Part shown: positions 1 to 7,419 of the stretch, one piece after another
Layout of the letters: every line of letters starts with the position of its first letter
How positions within the stretch are numbered: position 1 is the stretch's first letter
NCBI GenBank assembly: GCA_009781185.1
Contig: WQYP01000002.1
Span: forward strand, 6,873-70,872
DNA length: 64,000 nucleotides
Direction of reading: 5' to 3'
From: Phycisphaerales bacterium
Lineage (GTDB): Bacteria > Planctomycetota > Phycisphaerae > WQYP01
Position numbers and translations under genes: made by a program
The notes under the pieces: model-generated
The model's database searches: none
Seen by the model: the letters and a program-made list of their open reading frames with translations, nothing else
Told to the model about the DNA's origin: nothing

Positions 1-1905
1 GCCCAGGGCCGGGAAGAGGATGATGTAGGCGAACTTATAACGGCTGAACTGCCAGTGCCCGCGTCGTGGGGAATAATGCTGAGCCTGACTTCCAAAGCCC
101 ATACAGCGGTAGAGGAAACGATGCGGCCAGAGAGACCACCCCGGCTCCTGCAATTCGGGCTGAACGAGACTGACGGCAGGCACCTGGGTCCGAGCGAAAG
201 TCTTGAACACTTTGTAAAACAGGAGAGCGAAGCCGACAAAAATCACCACGGCAACGGCAACGGCAACGTTGCTACGAAAACGGCGCTCCTCGGGCGAAAT
301 AATGCCCAGCATTCGCTCATTCGTCGAGGCCACGCGAGCCTTGAGAATCACGCGAATGCGGTTCTTGGCGACCTCCTCATAATGCATACGGTCCTGGTCA
401 TTCGCCCCGTAGAGGTTGTGTATCGCGGCCTTCACCACCGGGTCGTTCTTGATCTGGTCAATCGCCTGGCTCGCATACTGATAGACCGATTGGCAGCCAT
501 CGCAGTAAGGCTCCGGAATGCCCCGCTCGGTCACCTCATCGCGTGCTTCCTCCCAGCCTTTGGGAATCTGGGAAACGAATTCAGAAAAACCGGAAGAATT
601 CAGAAGCTTCGAGGAGATGAAATTGCCAACGCCGTTTTCGACGTAAATCCGGGTGCGAATTTTGCGGGACTCCGGGCCATCGAGGAAGAAGAGGTACTTC
701 CAGGCAGCATCGCGCCGGTAGTTGTCGTTTTCGAGTCCCGCGTAGATGCCGGTCATGCCCGCGGCGAAGGACGCCCCCTGAATGCCGCCGGGGCCCATGG
801 GGATCGGGCCAAAACCGACCTGGGCGGGATCGGCAGAGACATCAAAGAGCCGATCGTCGATCGTGCCGAAGTTCATGCCGACCTTCAGGTTGGAGCCTTG
901 TCGCTGCTCCACCATGACGCCTTCGAAATGGCCGTACTGGTTATCGTAAGGCTCGAGAAAAAGGCGGGCGATGAAGTAGTAAGCATTGACGGCGTTTTCG
1001 GTGTCGAAGACGCAATGCCATTCTCCCGTTTTGTCCTGCTCGACCAGACGCCCACCGTAAGCATAGAGAAGGCTCAGGGTATTGACGCCCAAAATCCCGT
1101 TGTTGTTACCGCCAGTGAACGCAAAACCGTAGCGATCCTTGGGCGGATTGGTAAGTTTCTTGGCCCACTCGAACATCTCTTCAAAGGACTCTGGTGCACG
1201 GTCCGGGAGTTCGGCTTCGATAAAGAGGTCTTTGCGGTAGAAAATGGCCGTGACCACGAGAGACTGCGGGAACATCCAGACGTGCTGATGGTGGGCGCAG
1301 GGAGCGGCCCCCCACTTCTCGAGGTAGGGACACTTCTCACCATAGGGACACTCACGGCGCATGATCGGCCAAACCGTCCGCGGAACACGATCACCAATCA
1401 AAAACTCGTCGTAGCGAGGCGCCGTCTTCAGCTTCGCAAAATAATCCTCATTGGAAAGCAGATGCCCGTCGTGAATATCAGTGCCCAGAGCGTTCTCCAG
1501 GTACTTGTCCAGCGGATAAAGAAAACGATTGGTGATATAAGTGCCCGAGCGGGCAAAGTTGATCCCCAGAACGTCCGGGGCGATGTTCCCTGCAATCTGC
1601 ATCAGTGGCAGCATGTCATTTTGCGCGCCGACGATCTGCAGACCGCTGGAGGAGACGGGGCGGATGTTCGGATGGAGTTTCTGAAAAGTTTCGACGATTT
1701 CGAGACTGGTCAGGAAGCTCGGCCCATACCCGGCGAATTCGTTCACCCCCACAGCCGTACGAAGGTCAAGAGGCGCAGGAGGATCAGGCAACTCGCCGGC
1801 ACGAGCAACCGTCGGCAGTAACATCACCAGACTCGCCATGAACAGAAACAGAGCGCAAAGAAAGCGGCAGGGAAAGCGGCGAGACCATGGCGAATACTGC
1901 GTCAT
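1..1905 (-). CDS. Extracellular solute-binding protein (ABC transporter SBP family 1-like). It has a Cys-rich insert, a C-terminal hydrophobic segment, and is partial because it runs off the window start.
   Basis: Reverse-complement translation from ATG at ~1903-1905 gives MTQYSPWSRRFPCRFLCALFLFMASLVMLLPTVARAGELPDPPAPLDL..., i.e. a signal peptide followed by SBP-like sequence. There is no stop before position 1. GC3-rich codons are on the minus strand, and the plus-strand ORF 55..1821 is its antisense artefact. Confidence 0.55.
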   Translation of the reverse strand, partial: MTQYSPWSRRFPCRFLCALFLFMASLVMLLPTVARAGELPDPPAPLDLRTAVGVNEFAGYGPSFLTSLEIVETFQKLHPNIRPVSSSGLQIVGAQNDMLPLMQIAGNIAPDVLGINFARSGTYITNRFLYPLDKYLENALGTDIHDGHLLSNEDYFAKLKTAPRYDEFLIGDRVPRTVWPIMRRECPYGEKCPYLEKWGAAPCAHHQHVWMFPQSLVVTAIFYRKDLFIEAELPDRAPESFEEMFEWAKKLTNPPKDRYGFAFTGGNNNGILGVNTLSLLYAYGGRLVEQDKTGEWHCVFDTENAVNAYYFIARLFLEPYDNQYGHFEGVMVEQRQGSNLKVGMNFGTIDDRLFDVSADPAQVGFGPIPMGPGGIQGASFAAGMTGIYAGLENDNYRRDAAWKYLFFLDGPESRKIRTRIYVENGVGNFISSKLLNSSGFSEFVSQIPKGWEEARDEVTERGIPEPYCDGCQSVYQYASQAIDQIKNDPVVKAAIHNLYGANDQDRMHYEEVAKNRIRVILKARVASTNERMLGIISPEERRFRSNVAVAVAVVIFVGFALLFYKVFKTFARTQVPAVSLVQPELQEPGWSLWPHRFLYRCMGFGSQAQHYSPRRGHWQFSRYKFAYIILFPALG

Positions 1906-2032
1906 GTGAGCTCGTACAAAAGAGACAACAATATCGAACACATACTGTAACGTCTGCCGACCATTTTTATGTCGTTTTTGGCGCAGAAATTTTCAGAACT
2001 TTTCTGTCGTGCCCCCCCCAACTTGGTACCAC

Positions 2033-2164
2033 GACCGTAAGGGAGTGCCGGATCACGTGTTCGATTTGTGGGGATATGAATGGTGATTGTGCTTGGGTGA
2101 CACCAACGTTCGTTGGAGCGCCGCGGGAACTGCCCTCTCGCTCCCTGACGGTCGCGGTACCAAG
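2033..2164. repeat. Inverted repeat related to the family A variant (TTGGTACCACGACCGTAAGGGAG ... CTCCCTGACGGTCGCGGTACCAAG) flanking an ~80-bp core.
   Basis: ~22-bp arms with 2 mismatches, located upstream of the PEP-CTERM gene. Confidence 0.6.
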
Positions 2165-2306
2165 TGGAGGGTGGCCTGGCAGAAAAATGGGCAGCCCCCA
2201 TGAAAAAATTGAAAATAAATATTTGCTTTTTTTGAAATTCGTGGTATGCATTAACACAGTAAAGTGCGGCCGCAAGACGGTTACGCATCACGTGTAAGCA
2301 GAGAGC

Positions 2307-2380
2307 AAGAGAGTGCTCCTTTCGGAATCGGCATTTTTCGCCGTTGCCAGGGAGTAATTTCGAGCTCTCTGCTTTTTTTG
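2307..2380 (+). terminator. Long imperfect hairpin (GCAGAGAGC...GAGCTCTCTGC) followed by T7, a putative leader terminator/attenuator upstream of the PEP-CTERM gene.
   Basis: Seen in sequence. Preceded by an AT-rich promoter-like stretch at 2200-2270 and followed by a second 21-bp inverted repeat at 2379-2427 overlapping the upstream ATG. Confidence 0.4.
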
Positions 2381-2457
2381 TGGCATGAGCGTCTCGCCCA
2401 TGCGTTATGGGCAAGACGCTCATGCCACGGCATATCTTCTTTCAAGGAGTGGAGTTC

Positions 2458-3762
2458 ATGTTTTCGCTTAAGCAACATGTTCGTCGTCACGCCGCAGTAG
2501 TTGCCGTAGGCGCCGCCACCCTCGGCCTCGCCGCTGCCTCGCACGCCGCCGATGTCACTTGGAAAGGAGGCGACGGCAATTTCAACAACACGGATGACTT
2601 TGACGGCAATGGTACCTCCCTCTCTTACGCACCACAGGTCAACTGGAATCAATCAGGTTCCCCCTTCGATGGCCTCGGCGGCAACGATAATGTCACCTTT
2701 GGCAGCACGACCACGCCCGTTACCATTATCGTTAACGGTACCGCTTCCTACACCGACCCTGTATACGGCTTTTACCAGAGCAACAACACGTTCGTGAATT
2801 CCCTCACCCTTAATGGCGGCGGATACACGTTCGAGAGCGCCGCGAATGGTGAAGGCATCGTCGTCGGCTCTTGGGCCAGCGGCGGCTCCGTTACTCAAGT
2901 TAGTGGTCACAACGTCATTAATGTCCCCCTCACTTTCAACGGCTACGGCTCTAACATCTCCAACAACAGCGTCGTGAATGTCATCGCCGGCACCTTGGAA
3001 GTCGGCACGGTTACAACAGGCTACGGCCTCGGTCCGCACTACAAAGGTCTTCAGAAACAAGGCTCCGGCCTCCTCCGCATCGGCGCCCTCTCATCTGTTG
3101 ACGTCGTCAATGTGATGGAAGGAACACTCCTTCTTTCCGGCACGTCCAGTTCTACCTATTTCGTCGTCGGACAGTCCGGTACGCTCGCCGGTAATGCTAC
3201 CATCTCTACATGGGGTAGTGCTGGCGTTCAAATCAGTGGCCATCTCGCCCCAGGTGACAATGGCTACGAATCGACCGATGACGGCCAAAGCGGCGTCGTC
3301 AATACCTTCGGCCAAATTGGGACCCTCACCTTTAATACTAGCGGCAAAGATTTCTCCTTCGAAGCAACCTCCAATTTCGACGTGGACTGGGACCTCGGGA
3401 CCGGCGAGCATGATATTCTCCAACTCTCCGGCAACGTCGTCAACGTTTACGACGGCGCTCAAATCAACATTAACTTCATGGATGACGGCACCTTGGCGAA
3501 TGGCACCTACACCTATAGTTTCGACCTCGGCGATTTCATCCAGGGTGCCGGCTCCATCGTCGACCTCGACTCAGACGGTAACCCCGGTGGCCGCGGCTTC
3601 GATTTTACCGTCACCATGCCTCAAGACTGCAGTTACGAAATGAGTGATTCTGGCTTTGGCTTCAAGGTTACCATCGATCGAAGCAATACCGTTCCCGAGC
3701 CCGCCTCGCTTGGTCTTCTGGGCTTGGGCGCCGGGCTTCTGTTGCTTCGCAGAAAGCGTTAA
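2458..3762 (+). CDS. PEP-CTERM domain protein, a putative exosortase substrate, with beta-helix/autotransporter-type Gly-rich repeats.
   Basis: Signal peptide MFSLKQHVRRHAAVVAVGAATLGLAAASHA. C-terminus ...TVPEPASLGLLGLGAGLLLLRRKR is a canonical PEP motif plus TM helix plus basic tail. The upstream ATG at 2407 lies inside a hairpin, so the start at 2458 is preferred. Confidence 0.8.
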   Translation: MFSLKQHVRRHAAVVAVGAATLGLAAASHAADVTWKGGDGNFNNTDDFDGNGTSLSYAPQVNWNQSGSPFDGLGGNDNVTFGSTTTPVTIIVNGTASYTDPVYGFYQSNNTFVNSLTLNGGGYTFESAANGEGIVVGSWASGGSVTQVSGHNVINVPLTFNGYGSNISNNSVVNVIAGTLEVGTVTTGYGLGPHYKGLQKQGSGLLRIGALSSVDVVNVMEGTLLLSGTSSSTYFVVGQSGTLAGNATISTWGSAGVQISGHLAPGDNGYESTDDGQSGVVNTFGQIGTLTFNTSGKDFSFEATSNFDVDWDLGTGEHDILQLSGNVVNVYDGAQININFMDDGTLANGTYTYSFDLGDFIQGAGSIVDLDSDGNPGGRGFDFTVTMPQDCSYEMSDSGFGFKVTIDRSNTVPEPASLGLLGLGAGLLLLRRKR

Positions 3763-3848
3763 TTCAGCGTTGGTTCGTATCAAGTAATCAATCGACGGCG
3801 GCTCTCCCAAGGAGCCGCCGTTACTTTGCCTATCCGGAAAGGCCAAAC

Positions 3849-3907
3849 CATCAGAGCCGCAATCGTACGATTGCGCCGATAACCGCAATCTCACGATTGC
3901 GGCTCTG
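3849..3907. repeat. REP-like palindromic element family A, copy 1 (CATCAGAGCCGCAATCGTAcGA...TCaCGATTGCGGCTCTG).
   Basis: Near-identical copies at 34637-34717 and 40757-40820, with related variants at 7227-7306 and 2033-2164. All are intergenic. Confidence 0.8.
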
Positions 3908-4055
3908 TAGTTGATTATTGGATGCATCCAGTAATCGGTGGCATGTCCTATTTAGCCGGTCGGGCTTGTCCACCGTTCGGTCGCCGCTCTGCCGAGCGTC
4001 ACAAAATTGCAACTGAATTCTTGATGCGCCCTTGATGATTCTTAACATAGAATAA

Positions 4056-4087
4056 AATTTGACGGCGGTCACTTTGCAGTGTAAAGT
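4056..4087 (+). promoter_or_regulatory. Sigma70-like promoter candidate: TTGACG, 17 bp, TAAAGT.
   Basis: Hexamers with 17-bp spacing ~60 bp upstream of the membrane-protein ORF at 4150; promoter consensus in this phylum is uncertain. Confidence 0.3.
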
Positions 4088-4149
4088 GGTTGGAATCCAA
4101 AAGCCGATAGTAGTCATAGGGACTCTTATGGAACATTGGCAGGACGCCA

Positions 4150-4791
4150 ATGCCACGAGATGGAGTGCACATGGTGGAGTTGCGGGACGCCCTTTCGCAG
4201 ATTGCCGAGATTCGCCAGCAGATGGCGAGAGGGCAGATTTTTCGCGGGTATCGCTCGGCAACGTCGGCATTCTCAGGGGTGGTAGCGGTGGTGACGGGCG
4301 TGGTGCAAGCGATGCTACTGCCGGATGCGGTGGGGCGGACGGGAGCGTTTGCGGCACTCTGGACCGCGGCGGCGATGGTCTGCCTGATCGTCGGAGGAGC
4401 GAAAATGGTGCTGCGGACACGGCGGTCGCATTCGGCGGTGCAGCGGCAGTTGACGCTGCTGGCGGTCGAACAATTTGTCCTGTCGCTGGTGGCGGGAGGG
4501 TTGATGGCGTGGGTCTTTTGCGATTTTCTCAGTGCCCAGGCCTAGATGCTGCCGGGGATTTGGATGGTGATCTTTGCGTTGGGGATTTTTGCGTCGGCGA
4601 GACTTTTGCCGCGAGAGGTGTTCGGCGTGGCGGGGTTTTACCTGCTGGCGAGGATTGTGACATTGGTTTTGAGCGGGCGAGCGGGGGGGGGATGGGCGTT
4701 TTCGCCGTGGCTCATGGCCGGAACGTTCGGCGCGGGACAGACGGCGATCGCGGTGATTCTGTACGTAAAGTTGGAGCGGACTCGTGAATGA
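4150..4791 (+). CDS. Small multi-TM membrane protein interrupted by an in-frame TAG at 4543-4545. It is either one ~213-aa protein with an amber stop (pseudogene or readthrough) or two adjacent ORFs in the same frame.
   Basis: ORFs 4150..4545 and 4546..4791 are in the same frame, and both halves are hydrophobic and helix-like. The TAG is immediately followed by ATG. The 3' end overlaps the next gene by 8 nt (GTGAATGA). Confidence 0.45.
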
Positions 4792-5155
4792 TAAGACTGG
4801 AAAATTTGCGTATGAAGGGATCGATCGCGTGATCCACGAGAAGGCGAGGCTGAGCATCGTGGCGTCGCTGGCGTCGCATGCGGAAGGAGGGGGGGGGGTG
4901 CTCTTTGGCGACTTGAAGGAACTCTGTTCGCTGACGGATGGCAATTTAAGTCGGCATCTGACGGTTCTGCAGGAAGCGGGGGTGGTGGAGGTGAAGAAGA
5001 GTTTCAAGAACAATCGGCCTCAGACGTGGTGCAGGCTCACGGTGTCGGGGCGGAAACGATTTACGGAATATGTCACGGAGTTGGAGAATGTGGTAGCCGA
5101 TGCGCTCAAGATGCAAAAAGAGCGAAGCGGAAAAGTAGGGTGGTTCCCGGTGTAA
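4784..5155 (+). CDS. ArsR/SmtB-like winged-helix transcriptional regulator.
   Basis: KARLSIVASLA....LFGDLKELCSLTDGNLSRHLTVLQEAGVVEV fits the ArsR-type HTH pattern. GTG start overlaps the upstream membrane-protein gene. Confidence 0.6.
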   Translation: MNDKTGKFAYEGIDRVIHEKARLSIVASLASHAEGGGGVLFGDLKELCSLTDGNLSRHLTVLQEAGVVEVKKSFKNNRPQTWCRLTVSGRKRFTEYVTELENVVADALKMQKERSGKVGWFPV

Positions 5156-5158
5156 ATG

Positions 5159-5258
5159 CGGAGTTCACGCTTTAGCGTGTTTATTCATCGAAACACGCTG
5201 AAGCGTGAACTCCAGGAGAAATGTTTGAACGGCCGCACGAGGCGGCGTTTTTTTGGCA
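5159..5258 (+). terminator. Long near-perfect hairpin (GGAGTTCACGCTTTAGCGTGTTT / AAACACGCTGAAGCGTGAACTCC) followed by an intrinsic terminator, GCCGC-acgag-GCGGC plus T7.
   Basis: Seen directly in sequence at 5159-5212 and 5232-5258, immediately after the regulator stop codon. Confidence 0.6.
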
Positions 5259-5432
5259 TGGAAAACTTTGTTATGTAAAGTACCTTGCAAAATAAGGGTG
5301 ATGTATGAAGGTTGTGACGGCGGAAGCGTTTGGGCTTTGTTTGGCGGAAACGATCGCGACGGTGAAAGGAAGGCTGGAGGCGATGTTCGGCGGAGTTGAT
5401 AGCCTTGATCGTCATTGGATTCAGGAATTGAT

Positions 5433-5813
5433 ATGATTAATCAGGTTAAACGGTTTTTGAATGGGCGGACAAAAAGTTTCGGGCATGCGCTGCGCGGTGT
5501 GGAGTATGTGGTGCGATCGCAGAAGAATGCGTGGGTGCATGCGATGGCGACAGTGATGGTAGTGGCAGCGGGGATCTGGACGAAATTGTCGGCAGGCGAG
5601 TGGTGCTGGATGATCGCGGCGATCGGGGCGGTCTGGGCGGCGGAGGCGATGAATACGGCGCTGGAGTTGCTCTGCGATGTGGCACACCCGGCGTTTCATC
5701 CGATGATCGGGCGTGCCAAGGATGCGGCGGCGGGAGCGGTGCTGATTGTGGCCGTCGCGGCCGCGGCGGTAGGAGCGTGCGTGATGTGGCCGCATGTGTT
5801 CGTGGCAAAGTGA
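5433..5813 (+). CDS. dgkA: Diacylglycerol kinase / undecaprenol kinase (prokaryotic DgkA family).
   Basis: ~126 aa, 3 TM, and WAAEAMNTALE matches the DgkA E..NTA.E motif. The track start at 5415 is TTG, and ATG at 5433 (MINQVKRF) is more likely. Confidence 0.75.
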   Translation: MINQVKRFLNGRTKSFGHALRGVEYVVRSQKNAWVHAMATVMVVAAGIWTKLSAGEWCWMIAAIGAVWAAEAMNTALELLCDVAHPAFHPMIGRAKDAAAGAVLIVAVAAAAVGACVMWPHVFVAK

Positions 5814-5944
5814 AGAAGCAAGGAGAAATTCGAGATGCGTGTGAAGTTCATTTTGCCTGCGCTGCAGGAGGCGTTTGAGTCGCTTGCAGAGGCCAATCTC
5901 GCCGCCGCCGCGAAACGCCAAAACATCGGCCGATCCTAAATAAA

Positions 5945-7099
5945 TCACCAGATCACCAGATTTTTGACGGTCAACAGGATGATTTTGACGTCGAGCCAGA
6001 AGCCGCGGCGTTCGACGTATTGGGTGTCATAAAGGATCCATTCCTGGAAGTCGGTGGGGCCGCGGTGGGGGGAACGGGAGACCTGCCAGAGACCGGTGAT
6101 GCCGGGCTTGACGGAGAGGCGGGCTTCTCGCCAGGCGGGGCAGAGCTGGTTTTCTTCGAAGGGGCTGGGGCGTGGGCCGACGACGGACATGTGGCCGAGC
6201 AGGACGTTGAGAAATTGCGGAAGTTCGTCGATGCAGGATTTGCGGAGGAAGTTGCCGATGGGGGTGATGCGGGGGTCGCGGGCGATTTTGAACTGCGGGC
6301 CGTCGACCTGGTTGACTTTGTTTTTGCGGAGTTGCGGCTGGAGGCGGTGGGCATCACGGACCATGGTGCGGAATTTGAGGCAGCCGAAGGGGCGGCCGTT
6401 GCGGCTTTCACGCTGATGCACGAAGAAGATTGGGCCGCGGTCGTAGGCCTTGATCAGGACGATGACGGCGAGGCTGATGGGCAGCGTTGCCACAATCGCG
6501 GCGAGCGAGAAAAGGATGTCGAAGAGGCGTTTCAATATGTCGTGGAGCGGGCGATGGTGGGCGGTGGGGCCGGTGAAGTAGGCGTCGGCGGTTGCGATGG
6601 CGGGGAAGCGGCGGCGGACGGAACGGTGGGCGATTCGTAGGATGGCGTGGGCGGTTCGCCAGCAGGAACATCGGCAGGATGCCGATGCCACGTCGCTGCA
6701 TTTCCAGGCGATGCCCAGGAGTTGGTGGCGAGAGGGGTGGGTGGGTGGGTGGGGGCGATGGAAGTGGCGGCGAATGCTGAGGACGTGTGCGTTTGCGTCA
6801 ATAAGTAGATGTTCGCGGTAGGGGTGCGAGTTGGGACGCGGGGCCGTCATGAGCACGGCGGTGGCGCTGGTTCGGCCGTGAAGATCGGCAAGGGCTCGCA
6901 GCAGGAATTGCAGGGGAACGGTTCGGGTGAGATGAATGGCGTATTGAGAGGCGTGCCCGTTTGTCGGTGCGTGTTGTTGGTTGCCGATCGTGATGGTGGC
7001 TTGGATGTTCAGCCGTTGAAGGACGTGCTCGATCAGGGCGCATTCGGCGGCGGTTTCGGAAGCGAGCGATTCGGAGAATGTGGTTGATATGGCGGTCAT
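5945..7099 (-). CDS. Polyprenyl glycosylphosphotransferase, the EPS/O-antigen initiating sugar transferase (WbaP/EpsL family), with an extra N-terminal domain.
   Basis: C-terminal bacterial sugar transferase domain: LKRLFDILFSLAAIVATLPISLAVIVLIKAYDRGPIFFVHQRESRNGRPFGCLKFRTM...DELPQFLNVLLGHMSVVGPRP...PGITGLWQV. Start chosen at MTAISTT; upstream Met codons extend to 7219. Confidence 0.8.
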   Translation of the reverse strand: MTAISTTFSESLASETAAECALIEHVLQRLNIQATITIGNQQHAPTNGHASQYAIHLTRTVPLQFLLRALADLHGRTSATAVLMTAPRPNSHPYREHLLIDANAHVLSIRRHFHRPHPPTHPSRHQLLGIAWKCSDVASASCRCSCWRTAHAILRIAHRSVRRRFPAIATADAYFTGPTAHHRPLHDILKRLFDILFSLAAIVATLPISLAVIVLIKAYDRGPIFFVHQRESRNGRPFGCLKFRTMVRDAHRLQPQLRKNKVNQVDGPQFKIARDPRITPIGNFLRKSCIDELPQFLNVLLGHMSVVGPRPSPFEENQLCPAWREARLSVKPGITGLWQVSRSPHRGPTDFQEWILYDTQYVERRGFWLDVKIILLTVKNLVIW

Positions 7100-7226
7100 G
7101 AAGATGTATTGCCCTTTCAGGGCGTGACGTTCGCGGGGGAGATGCTGACCGGGGGCGTTGCCCCGGCTACGTATGTTGACGCCCTTCGGGCGGGACATGG
7201 AACGACAGGGCAAACGCATATGGAGT

Positions 7227-7306
7227 TCAGAGCCGCGACCGTAAGGGAGCGACCCGCGTTATTTACGCATTGCCGCACGGTCGCTCCCTTACGGTCGCGG
7301 CTCTGA
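7227..7306. repeat. REP-like palindrome, variant of family A (TCAGAGCCGCGACCGTAAGGGAGCGACC / GGTCGCTCCCTTACGGTCGCGGCTCTGA).
   Basis: Perfect 28-bp inverted repeat between the wzc-like stop and the sugar-transferase start. Confidence 0.75.
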
Positions 7307-7333
7307 TGGTCAAATGCGTTCGCCCTGCATGGA

Positions 7334-7368
7334 ACGATTAACGACTTGACGATTTAACGACTTAACGG
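7334..7368. repeat. Single-arm array of 4 CGTTAART-type 8-mers (minus-strand orientation) upstream of the sugar-transferase gene.
   Basis: ACGATTAACGACTTGACGATTTAACGACTTAACGG. Confidence 0.65.
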
Positions 7369-7419
7369 TTATGTATGCTGACGTCCTTCGGGTGTACATA
7401 GGCGGGACGCCCATGCCAC

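Noticed and set aside
55-1821. 588-aa plus-strand ORF in the six-frame track.
   Set aside because: Antisense artefact of the minus-strand solute-binding-protein gene. GC3 bias and a sensible protein (signal peptide, SBP-like sequence) are on the opposite strand, and the plus-strand product is low-complexity.
4059-4787. 242-aa plus-strand ORF in an alternative frame over the membrane-protein region.
   Set aside because: Gly/Asp/Arg-rich low-complexity translation. The co-located frame, 4150..4545 plus 4546..4791, gives coherent TM helices.
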